64,000 nt of DNA from an uncultured Myxococcales bacterium (GTDB lineage: Bacteria > Myxococcota > B64-G9): NCBI GenBank assembly GCA_964513625.1, contig CAZENH010000002.1, positions 14,403 to 78,402 on the forward strand. The letters run 5' to 3'. Under the pieces are notes generated by a model. That model was not told where the DNA came from. It was given only the letters and a program-made list of their open reading frames with translations, and did no database searches. The first letter of the stretch is position 1, and each line of letters begins with the position of its first letter. The position numbers were made by a program, and so were the translations under genes. This document shows, piece after piece, positions 37,267-45,232 of this stretch.

Positions 37267-38934
37267 CTATATTCGCAAGGTCGCTTCGAGCCTGACGCCG
37301 GAGAACGGCGGAAATATTCGACAACTTCCATTGACACACTTTGGGCCCCCGTGCAGTTGACCCGCAAGGAGCTTGACTACCACCAGATCCTCGATGTTGA
37401 CGGTCAATCCACCTGCCAGAAAAACCTGTCTGATGGGTGAACCGCCGGATGGCTTGAAAAAGACGTCGAGTTTTCGACTGCCGGAAAGTTCTGTATCGTA
37501 TCCTACAATCAGACTGACGGACAGCCAGGGTGACCAGGAGTAGCCAAGAGTCCACTCACCTTTCAGATATTCGCTTGTATGATCGAGAGCCAGAACACGA
37601 TGATGTCCCCACCAGTTGTTGCCGTGCAGATCCAGGCTGTGACGGGCAGATAGAGGAAGCTTGACAGAGGCATTCAGGTATACGAGTTGCAGTGAGTCTC
37701 CCCCCAACTCGAGAGGGGTTTCTTCACGCAGCCCCGCATCAAGACTTGCAAGACCACGACCAAGAAATTCTTGTTCGGCTCCCAGGCTGGTATTGTATAC
37801 CCACCATTTTTCCCCGGAGGTGAAGGTATCTCTGGCCACAAAACCGGCGTAGGAGGCAAAAAGCAGCGTGTCGCCGCCGGCCGGACGCCAATCGACACGC
37901 AGACGTGCGCCTGTCACATCGCGGTTATTGCGCACTTCCATGTCCTCCGGTTCGAGTGTCGGAGGCCGGATGTAATCGATGCGTGTTTTCAAATAGTCGC
38001 CGCCGTCAGTAACAGTGTACAACTCGTAGTCGTCGTAGTGTTTCACTTCGGCGGTTAAGGTCCAGTTGCCGAAATAGGCGTTGCTCCCGAAGAAGAATGC
38101 CTGCCCGTTTTCCTGAGGCAGATCCGCCAATGAGAAACTCTTGTGCATCCAGTCGAACTCGGCGTAAAGATCGGCCCACTCGAGAAGGTTGTTTGCCTGA
38201 AGGCTGGCTCCGCCGACGAAAGCGCGCCGCGGGAGTATCGACGTGTCTATCTGCGCCTCGGCCTCGGCGTTGCGCCCGAAAGGATCGAAAAACACGCCTA
38301 GACCGTGAACACCAAGGTTTACCGCATTTTTGATCTTCCATTCGGCGCGCAGACCCGCCAGTACGTCTGTTTTCAGCGCAAAGTAGTCTGAGATCGTCTT
38401 CTCGCTGACCCCGTCGGTGTTGGTCGGATTGACCAGGCCGCCGAGTGCAAGCAACTCCAGCTCACCCAGTCGGGCCGTGACTTTTCCTCCCATCAATGTG
38501 GTGTCTTCGGCCAACTGGTCGGTCTTTCTGATCCTGAGAGCGATTCCCCGCCCGAATGAGCCGTAAACGTCGCCGAGTGTGACCTGGAGGTTTCTGCCAT
38601 GGTAGGCGGCCGACCATTTTTCCGGAGCGTATCTGTCGAGGTAAGCAGGAGAAGCGCCGGCGGGCTCGGAGATGAAGGTCGATGTGTCGATCCGTAGCGA
38701 AAATGTAAAATCGGCCACTGCCAGCTTGAGGTTGAGGCGATTGCGTATGTCGAAGTAGTCGTCATTGTACTCGTCACTGTCGAAGTTATCGGCATGGTAA
38801 TCGCTGACCATCGTCTCGGCAATCTCGAAAGAGACCTGCTGGTCCGTCCAGGGAAATGTAAAATCGAAGGCACCCGCGGGTGAGGCACAGGACATGAGCA
38901 CAATAAACTGTGTGATTATGAGGCGCGTGCGCAT
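37267..38934 (-). CDS. Putative outer-membrane beta-barrel protein (555 aa)
   Basis: Signal peptide. Alternating amphipathic beta-strand character throughout. No named family recognised. Confidence 0.4.
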   Translation of the reverse strand: MRTRLIITQFIVLMSCASPAGAFDFTFPWTDQQVSFEIAETMVSDYHADNFDSDEYNDDYFDIRNRLNLKLAVADFTFSLRIDTSTFISEPAGASPAYLDRYAPEKWSAAYHGRNLQVTLGDVYGSFGRGIALRIRKTDQLAEDTTLMGGKVTARLGELELLALGGLVNPTNTDGVSEKTISDYFALKTDVLAGLRAEWKIKNAVNLGVHGLGVFFDPFGRNAEAEAQIDTSILPRRAFVGGASLQANNLLEWADLYAEFDWMHKSFSLADLPQENGQAFFFGSNAYFGNWTLTAEVKHYDDYELYTVTDGGDYLKTRIDYIRPPTLEPEDMEVRNNRDVTGARLRVDWRPAGGDTLLFASYAGFVARDTFTSGEKWWVYNTSLGAEQEFLGRGLASLDAGLREETPLELGGDSLQLVYLNASVKLPLSARHSLDLHGNNWWGHHRVLALDHTSEYLKGEWTLGYSWSPWLSVSLIVGYDTELSGSRKLDVFFKPSGGSPIRQVFLAGGLTVNIEDLVVVKLLAGQLHGGPKCVNGSCRIFPPFSGVRLEATLRI

Positions 38935-38939
38935 GGAGA

Positions 38940-39479
38940 CTATCGGGACAGCAGCTTGCTTATTTTTTCTTCGATCAATTGCTCGTCTCCGATGCGGTAA
39001 CCCTTGTGGGTATAAGCTATCCTGCCGCGGCGATCGAATAAGACCCCGAAAGGCAGGCTCATGGTCGGATTGAAGCGATTGGCCACCTCGGTGTCCTGAT
39101 CAAGCAGGACCGGAAAACGATAACGATAGCGATGAACCTGGCGGCGGACAGTGTTTTCCAAGTCGGAAGGATCGACGGCGACGCTGACCAGTTCGAAGCC
39201 TTTGTCGTGCTGACGTTCCCAGATCTTTTGAAGCTGCGGCAATTCGCTGCGGCACGGCTCGCACCAGCTGGCCCAGAACGACAGGTAGACCACCTTGTTT
39301 CTGTAATCGCTCAGGCGGACAGTCTTGCCCGAAAGATCCGGCAGTCTGAAATCACCTGCTACGCCCTTGGTCGTGGCAGGCCGACTATCTGGTTTTAGCT
39401 GGGCGGTCGGGCATGCTGACAGGACTGCGAAAAGTACTACCGCTATCAAGAACGTTGCCAGGCGCTGGGCGCGGAACAT
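38940..39479 (-). CDS. TlpA/ResA-like thiol:disulfide oxidoreductase (thioredoxin fold, WCEPC)
   Basis: SFWASWCEPCRSELPQL CxxC motif. Lipobox (…FAVLSACP). Start taken at the internal MFRAQRL. Confidence 0.75.
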   Translation of the reverse strand: MFRAQRLATFLIAVVLFAVLSACPTAQLKPDSRPATTKGVAGDFRLPDLSGKTVRLSDYRNKVVYLSFWASWCEPCRSELPQLQKIWERQHDKGFELVSVAVDPSDLENTVRRQVHRYRYRFPVLLDQDTEVANRFNPTMSLPFGVLFDRRGRIAYTHKGYRIGDEQLIEEKISKLLSR

Positions 39480-39486
39480 GATCAGA

Positions 39487-40116
39487 TCAATCCTGCTCTG
39501 AAAGAACTGCTTCGATATTGCCCTCGAGAACATCTGGGATGACGCCCTCGACTTTATAGCGGATGACCATGTTGTTGTCTATGAGCATATTTAAAGGCGT
39601 GCCGGCCTGGGTAGGTCGGAAAAACTGTCCCATCACGGCGGCGCCGGGGTCGACCGCAAGCGTGAAAGTCATATTGTAACGATCGCGGTATGTACAGGTA
39701 TAGTCCATCAGCGCTTGTTTTTCCGAGCCTCCATCTTCATCTTCAAACATCACAAGCAAGATCCTGAAACCCTGGTCCTTGTATTTCTGGTATAGGCCGG
39801 CCTCCATAGTAGTTGCCTGGCTTTTGCAAACTGAGCACCAGCCTGCATGCACCGTGATCAGTGTCGCCTTGGCATCCAGGAAGTTCGCAGCGTAAATAGC
39901 CCTGCTGTTAGCGCCACCCGTACCGCAGAGTACCTCGTCAAGCCGGAAGTTTTCGATAGTGTCTCCGTAGTCGGTGCCATAAGGCGGAGGAGGGTAGTTA
40001 GTGTTGTTCCCGTCCTGGTCCCCGGCATCCTTGTCCGTGCCCCCTGTCTCCCAGGCACATCCGGACACCGAAATCATAAGCGCAATCAAGCAATACATCG
40101 TATTTGTGCGAAGCAT
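39487..40116 (-). CDS. Redoxin/thioredoxin-fold lipoprotein (WCSVC)
   Basis: Lipobox ISVSGCAW. CxxC motif VHAGWCSVCKSQ. Confidence 0.65.
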   Translation of the reverse strand: MLRTNTMYCLIALMISVSGCAWETGGTDKDAGDQDGNNTNYPPPPYGTDYGDTIENFRLDEVLCGTGGANSRAIYAANFLDAKATLITVHAGWCSVCKSQATTMEAGLYQKYKDQGFRILLVMFEDEDGGSEKQALMDYTCTYRDRYNMTFTLAVDPGAAVMGQFFRPTQAGTPLNMLIDNNMVIRYKVEGVIPDVLEGNIEAVLSEQD

Positions 40117-40383
40117 GGCATCTCCCTTGAGTCCAACTTATATAATCGAACTAACGCTCAAAATGGTCAAGTAAAGAAAAAGAGGCTTTCCATCGAGGGC
40201 GGCTAACCATACATGATTTCTGTAACTTTTCAGTAAAACTTGACAAAATATTCCCGCCGGATAGATTAGGTATCGGGTTCTTATTAGGACCCAGGCCTGG
40301 GATTGTCGTTCCCCCCCCGCGACGTCCCGGGCCTTTTTGATCAACCGGTTACCATGTTCGTACTTGTCATATTGCCAGATAGG

Positions 40384-40412
40384 TTGACAGTCATGACAGG
40401 ATTTGGTCTAAT
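40384..40412 (+). promoter_or_regulatory. Putative sigma-70 promoter (TTGACA-17 bp-TCTAAT) for the GT39 gene
   Basis: Hexamers at 40384-40389 and 40407-40412, followed by an AAGGAG RBS and ATG 40449. Confidence 0.35.
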
Positions 40413-40448
40413 GCCGCTCGCATAACCATGTGATTTGAAGGAGAATTT

Positions 40449-42809
40449 ATGGGTATGAGGCTTGGCAAGCTGATCCGCAACAAGGATCTGCAGGCACTTC
40501 TTCTGCTCACTCTGCTGGTGTCTGCCTTGTACTTGCCGCGGCTCGGCTCGTATGCCTTCTGGGACCCCTGGGAGTCGCATTACGCGCAGGTTGCCAAAGA
40601 GATGGGGGATCACGGCAGCTGGATGGACACCTGGTACCGGGGCCAGAACAGGTGGTGGTCTAAGCCGATCTTGCCGCTGTGGTTGTTGAGAACCTCCTTT
40701 ACGGTCTTTGGTGTTCACGATCCATCCAGCCCCTGGCTGCATTTCGCAGGCCGCCTGCCCATATTTCTGATGGCATTATTGGGCATATTACTGACTTATG
40801 GATGGGTATCGCGCCTTTTCTCCAGACGGGCGGGTATTTACTCGGCCCTGGTGCTTTTGACATGTCCGATGTATGCCTTGCTTGCCCACCAGTTGATGTT
40901 CGATCTGCCGTTCGTGGCTCTTTGCTCTCCGGCCATGGGCTACTACTTTCTGGCCAGATCCGAGCAAGGCAAGCCAAGGCATTTATTCGCTTTCTACATT
41001 CTGACCGGTTTTGCCTTTCTCTCCAAGTGGCTACTCGCCTTCTTCATCCCGGCGGGAATAATCTTCGCCTTCCTCGTGCTGCGCTGGGACAGCGGATTCT
41101 TCAGACGAGTGGGGAGAACCGCATGGATTGGAACCGGATTATTCATGGCGGCCTGCGCCGCCTACTTCTTCTTGTCTGTTGAAGATCCGGCCTTCGCCGG
41201 CATGCTATGCGTAATCGCATTGTCGCTGATATTGATATTTTTAATGGGTCGGGACGCGACGACCTTGATGGGCGCTGAACCGCGAAAAAACTGGATCGGC
41301 TTCGGGGCGCTGTTGGCCGTGATCCTTCCCTGGCACATCTTCATGATCGCAAAGCACGGTTGGCCGTTCGTACGTGAGGCGGTGATCTATCATCATTTCG
41401 ACAGGGCCGCCGGCACCATCGGCAAGCAGGAAGGCACCTTCGACGTTTTTTTCAAGCAGTTGGCGTTTGCCACCTACCCGTGGGTTTGCCTGTTGCCGAT
41501 GGCATTCATCAGGATCATCCGTTGGAAACCAACTGATTTCGAGGGCAGCGGCAAGAAAAACTTGATGGTGCTGCTGGCAGCGATCGTGCCCTGGGCGGCT
41601 TTCAGTCTGTTTCAGACCAAATTTCACCATTACATCTTCCCGGTTGTGCCCTTTCTGGCGGTGATGGTAGGCGTTTATCTGGCCCGCGCCCGCGAAGATG
41701 CTGATCGCGCAGAGATGCGCCTGCTGGTCATGCTGGCGATACCCGTGGGCGCGGTCATGCTCCTGGACATCCTGCACAACTATAAGTGGTTCATCAACAT
41801 GTTCGACTACTACTACGGGTGGCCGATGCCGAGGAGTCTGGATCCTTATCCCTTTTTCGGAGTGATAGGCGGAGCCTGGCTGCTCATCATGGCCTGGCTG
41901 TTTTTCCGCCGAAATATTGGAAGCACTGCCTTCGGCGCGATGTTTGCCGTATCCGCCACGACATGCGTATTTCTGACCGCCTGGATCATGCCGCAGGTAA
42001 CACCGACTTTCACCCAGGAGCCTCTCTACCGAGCATACATGAAGGAATGCGACGGCAAGGCGCCCATCGCGCAATACAACGGCTGGTTGAGCCGCAGCGT
42101 CTCTTTCTATTTCGACAACAAGGCCGTAGATCTTTCAAAGTCCGACCAACCGAACGTCGACAAGGCCATCGAGTTTTTATCCCGCCCGGTGAGGAGCTTT
42201 TTGATCCTCGGGGCTGGCTTCGGCCGGGATTGCAAGTCGTTGCTGGCCAGTCTCAGACCGGAGGTAAAAAAGAGGCTTGGAAAATCTCTTTACGTTGTGT
42301 TCGACGACCACCCTTTCAGCTGCCTGTGCTCGACCGAACGAGATCCGGCAGGACAGAAAAAGGTCGCGGCCAGCGTTTTAACGACTGTTCCAGACGGAGT
42401 TCACAAGACCAACGTGGATTTCGACGGCAAGATTGAGTTGCTGGGCTGGAAGTTGTCGAAGCCCGAGGTGGAAAAAGGAGAAAAATTCACAATTTCATAC
42501 TTCTTCAAGTGCAAGGCTCCTGTGGGCGACGACTGGTTGGTGTTCATTCACGGCGACGGACCTCAGGGCGGCGCACACCGCGTTTTCGGAGACCATGCGC
42601 CGATGAGCGGACTCTACCCGACCAGCGAATGGAAAGCGGGAGAGATAATCGAAGACGATTATGAAATGACTGTTCCGGCCAACTATCCTTACCAGAGCTT
42701 CACCCTCTGGATGGGCCTCTGGAACGGACCCCGGCGCCTGCCTGTGACCCAGAAGTATCAGCATGACGGCAACAACCGTGTGCGTACGGCCTTTGTCCGC
42801 GTAAAATAG
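40449..42809 (+). CDS. Glycosyltransferase family 39 (ArnT/PMT-like) membrane protein with large C-terminal soluble domain
   Basis: N-terminal YLPRLGSYAFWDPWESHYAQVAKEM motif typical of GT39/PMT_2. At least 10 TM helices. ~250-aa C-terminal extension. Confidence 0.75.
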   Translation: MGMRLGKLIRNKDLQALLLLTLLVSALYLPRLGSYAFWDPWESHYAQVAKEMGDHGSWMDTWYRGQNRWWSKPILPLWLLRTSFTVFGVHDPSSPWLHFAGRLPIFLMALLGILLTYGWVSRLFSRRAGIYSALVLLTCPMYALLAHQLMFDLPFVALCSPAMGYYFLARSEQGKPRHLFAFYILTGFAFLSKWLLAFFIPAGIIFAFLVLRWDSGFFRRVGRTAWIGTGLFMAACAAYFFLSVEDPAFAGMLCVIALSLILIFLMGRDATTLMGAEPRKNWIGFGALLAVILPWHIFMIAKHGWPFVREAVIYHHFDRAAGTIGKQEGTFDVFFKQLAFATYPWVCLLPMAFIRIIRWKPTDFEGSGKKNLMVLLAAIVPWAAFSLFQTKFHHYIFPVVPFLAVMVGVYLARAREDADRAEMRLLVMLAIPVGAVMLLDILHNYKWFINMFDYYYGWPMPRSLDPYPFFGVIGGAWLLIMAWLFFRRNIGSTAFGAMFAVSATTCVFLTAWIMPQVTPTFTQEPLYRAYMKECDGKAPIAQYNGWLSRSVSFYFDNKAVDLSKSDQPNVDKAIEFLSRPVRSFLILGAGFGRDCKSLLASLRPEVKKRLGKSLYVVFDDHPFSCLCSTERDPAGQKKVAASVLTTVPDGVHKTNVDFDGKIELLGWKLSKPEVEKGEKFTISYFFKCKAPVGDDWLVFIHGDGPQGGAHRVFGDHAPMSGLYPTSEWKAGEIIEDDYEMTVPANYPYQSFTLWMGLWNGPRRLPVTQKYQHDGNNRVRTAFVRVK

Positions 42810-42814
42810 AAGCT

Positions 42815-43213
42815 CTATTCAGGTAGACTGTAGTCCAGCAAGAAACGTTCGCACAGTTCCTGGATAGGATCTTGTGAGAGCTTGCTGATGACTTCGCCCA
42901 GATGCCGGGTATTCGGAGTTTCTCCACGCTCGTTAGCCAGCCGCGTGGCCAGGCCGAGCGCATCTTCGAGCAGTGCGGCCTCACGCCGGTCGCGTGGAAC
43001 TCCGCCTCCGGCGCGACGTGGCCGCAGGGTGTTCTCGAGCATCTTTATGAAAACCGTCTTGTCGACGGCGTATCTTGAAAGCCATCTGTCGAACTCGGAC
43101 GGATCCAGCGTGCGCGTGGCCCACAAGAAGTGATATATACCGATCGATCTGAATCCACGACGCTTCGATTCCTGCCTGGCTGATTCGTGGATCTGCTTTA
43201 AGGTGACTCCCAT
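42815..43213 (-). CDS. Stand-alone Clp N-terminal (Clp_R) domain protein
   Basis: Two Clp_N-like repeats (…IGIYHFLWATRTL… and …LGLATRLANERGETPNTRHLGEVISKL…). Confidence 0.45.
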   Translation of the reverse strand: MGVTLKQIHESARQESKRRGFRSIGIYHFLWATRTLDPSEFDRWLSRYAVDKTVFIKMLENTLRPRRAGGGVPRDRREAALLEDALGLATRLANERGETPNTRHLGEVISKLSQDPIQELCERFLLDYSLPE

Positions 43214-43243
43214 CCTGTCTCTCCGACCCCCTCCCGCTCAAAT

Positions 43244-44170
43244 TCAGATAAACTCCCGGCTCAAACCGGGATTGACCTCAGAACTGCCCAACTCCTGTCT
43301 TGCAATTTTGTTGCCCTGACCGCTCAATGTTGCCGCACTCAGATGAGAGTTATAACAAGACGGGCAAAAGCTCAGGCTGACTGATATACGAGTCGTGAGC
43401 TTGGCGACCTCTTTCTGAGCGGCGCGATGCTCGTCGAGGATACGCTTGAAGGGCTCGAGCTTTCCCTCTTGCGCGTATTTTCTGAGTTCTTCGAGTGAAA
43501 GCATGCCCTGACTCCAGGCGCTTTCCTGGGCCTTGTCAAACTCGGCCTTGGCATCCAGATCCTTTTTCTTGATTTTCTTTGGAGGCGCTCCAGCCGGTAA
43601 AAGCCCCAGGGATTTTGTGCGCATGTAACGCTGGCAAGACTGGCAGTAGGGTTTTGCCTTGAGGATCAGAGGAACAATCAAGCCGCCCAACCCGAAGCCG
43701 GCGATCTCGAGACAGCGCCACAAGTAACCCCAGGCGCCCAGAGGCGACCCCGCTGAACCATCTTTCTGAGTCCAGGCGAACGAACGTGTCGTCTCGTCGA
43801 AGAACTCCAAGAAACCAACTTCACTTGCGTCGGGATATTTCGCAAGCAAGTGCTTGAACTGGATGTACTGGGCCAGAAAATAGGCCAGCACTTGCAGGAA
43901 TATGACAACCCACAGCAAGCTGCGCGAGATACGAACGCCCGTAACCCATGAGGCAATTCCGTAACCGCTGCCGGCCACCAGGCCGACCAGCACTGCGCCT
44001 ATGGGTATGATATAGTAGCCGTACCAGCTCATGATGTTGAAGCTGTCGCTTGCCTGATTTGCGGCCCAAACGCCGAACAGCGCTAAAGCCGTAGTGATCA
44101 AACCGGCCACAATTACCGGGATGGCGGTTCGGTCACCGGACGGCACGAGAGGCGGCGCAATCTCTTCCAT
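43244..44170 (-). CDS. Hypothetical 4-TM membrane protein with cytoplasmic CxxC…CxxC zinc-ribbon
   Basis: ATG at 44170 (MEEIAPPLV…). CQSCQRY and CPSCYNS pairs. No family recognised. Confidence 0.5.
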   Translation of the reverse strand: MEEIAPPLVPSGDRTAIPVIVAGLITTALALFGVWAANQASDSFNIMSWYGYYIIPIGAVLVGLVAGSGYGIASWVTGVRISRSLLWVVIFLQVLAYFLAQYIQFKHLLAKYPDASEVGFLEFFDETTRSFAWTQKDGSAGSPLGAWGYLWRCLEIAGFGLGGLIVPLILKAKPYCQSCQRYMRTKSLGLLPAGAPPKKIKKKDLDAKAEFDKAQESAWSQGMLSLEELRKYAQEGKLEPFKRILDEHRAAQKEVAKLTTRISVSLSFCPSCYNSHLSAATLSGQGNKIARQELGSSEVNPGLSREFI

Positions 44171-44259
44171 AACGACCTCCAATAGTATACCTGCCAGAGG
44201 CCTTTTACCAGAGCAGCCGCTGATTGACAAGATTACAGGCGCGGACGTAGACTTTTGCA

Positions 44260-45213
44260 ATGACAAGGACGATGAAGATACTGGTCGTGGACGATGATTC
44301 GGCCGCACGTAAGAAAACCATCAAAACCCTGAAGGATGCCGGTTACGCGACGATCGAGGGTCAAGACGGTCAGCAGGCTTTGAGTTTGGTAAAGGAGGAG
44401 TCGCCCGATCTGCTCATCATGGACATCGAGATGCCCCGTATGAGCGGACACCAGGCATGCAGGATCATTAAAGGCAGCAAGGGTTTCCCCTTTTTCCCGA
44501 TCATTTTAGTGACGGCACGCAGTGACCTGCAAACAAAGGTCGAAGGCCTTGAAATGGGCGCCGACGACTACCTGATGAAGCCGCTCAACAAGCTGGAATT
44601 ACTTGCGCGGGTCAAGTCGATGTTGAGACTGAAGACACTCCAGGACGACCTGATCGCCACAAACAAGAAACTGCAGGGAATAAACGATCGCCTGCAGGAA
44701 CTCTCGATGACCGACCCATTGATGGAGATCTGCAACCGGCTCTATTTCGAAAAGCGAATCGTTTACGAGTTTCAACGGGCCGAACGTTACAGAACACCGT
44801 TGGCGCTGCTGATGCTCGATCTCGATCATTTCAAGAATGTCAACGACACTTATGGTCACCTTTACGGCGACTACGTTCTGAAACACACGGCTGAGGTGTT
44901 AACGGCTAGCGTACGCCAGGTTGACATTGTCGCCCGCTACGGAGGTGAAGAGATCGTCGTGGCCTGCCCTGAAACTGACGGGCAGCAGTCCTTGATTGTG
45001 GCCAACAGAATACGCCGAAACGTCGACGAGGCCGTCTACTCGCATGAGGGCGTCGAATCTCATGTTACCGTGAGTATTGGTGTGGCCGTCTGCCCCGATG
45101 CCAATATCAAGACCGCCGAGGAACTTCTGAACAAGGCCGATGAGGCGCTCTATGTCGCCAAGGAAGAAGGCAGGAACTGCGTTCGAACAGCCTTCGAAGA
45201 AGAGTTCGAGTAG
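44260..45213 (+). CDS. Response regulator receiver fused to GGDEF diguanylate cyclase (GGEEI)
   Basis: Receiver residues (VVDDD…IMDIEMP). GGDEF domain with RYGGEEIVV. Confidence 0.85.
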   Translation: MTRTMKILVVDDDSAARKKTIKTLKDAGYATIEGQDGQQALSLVKEESPDLLIMDIEMPRMSGHQACRIIKGSKGFPFFPIILVTARSDLQTKVEGLEMGADDYLMKPLNKLELLARVKSMLRLKTLQDDLIATNKKLQGINDRLQELSMTDPLMEICNRLYFEKRIVYEFQRAERYRTPLALLMLDLDHFKNVNDTYGHLYGDYVLKHTAEVLTASVRQVDIVARYGGEEIVVACPETDGQQSLIVANRIRRNVDEAVYSHEGVESHVTVSIGVAVCPDANIKTAEELLNKADEALYVAKEEGRNCVRTAFEEEFE

Positions 45214-45232
45214 AAAGACTCACCACTAAGGG

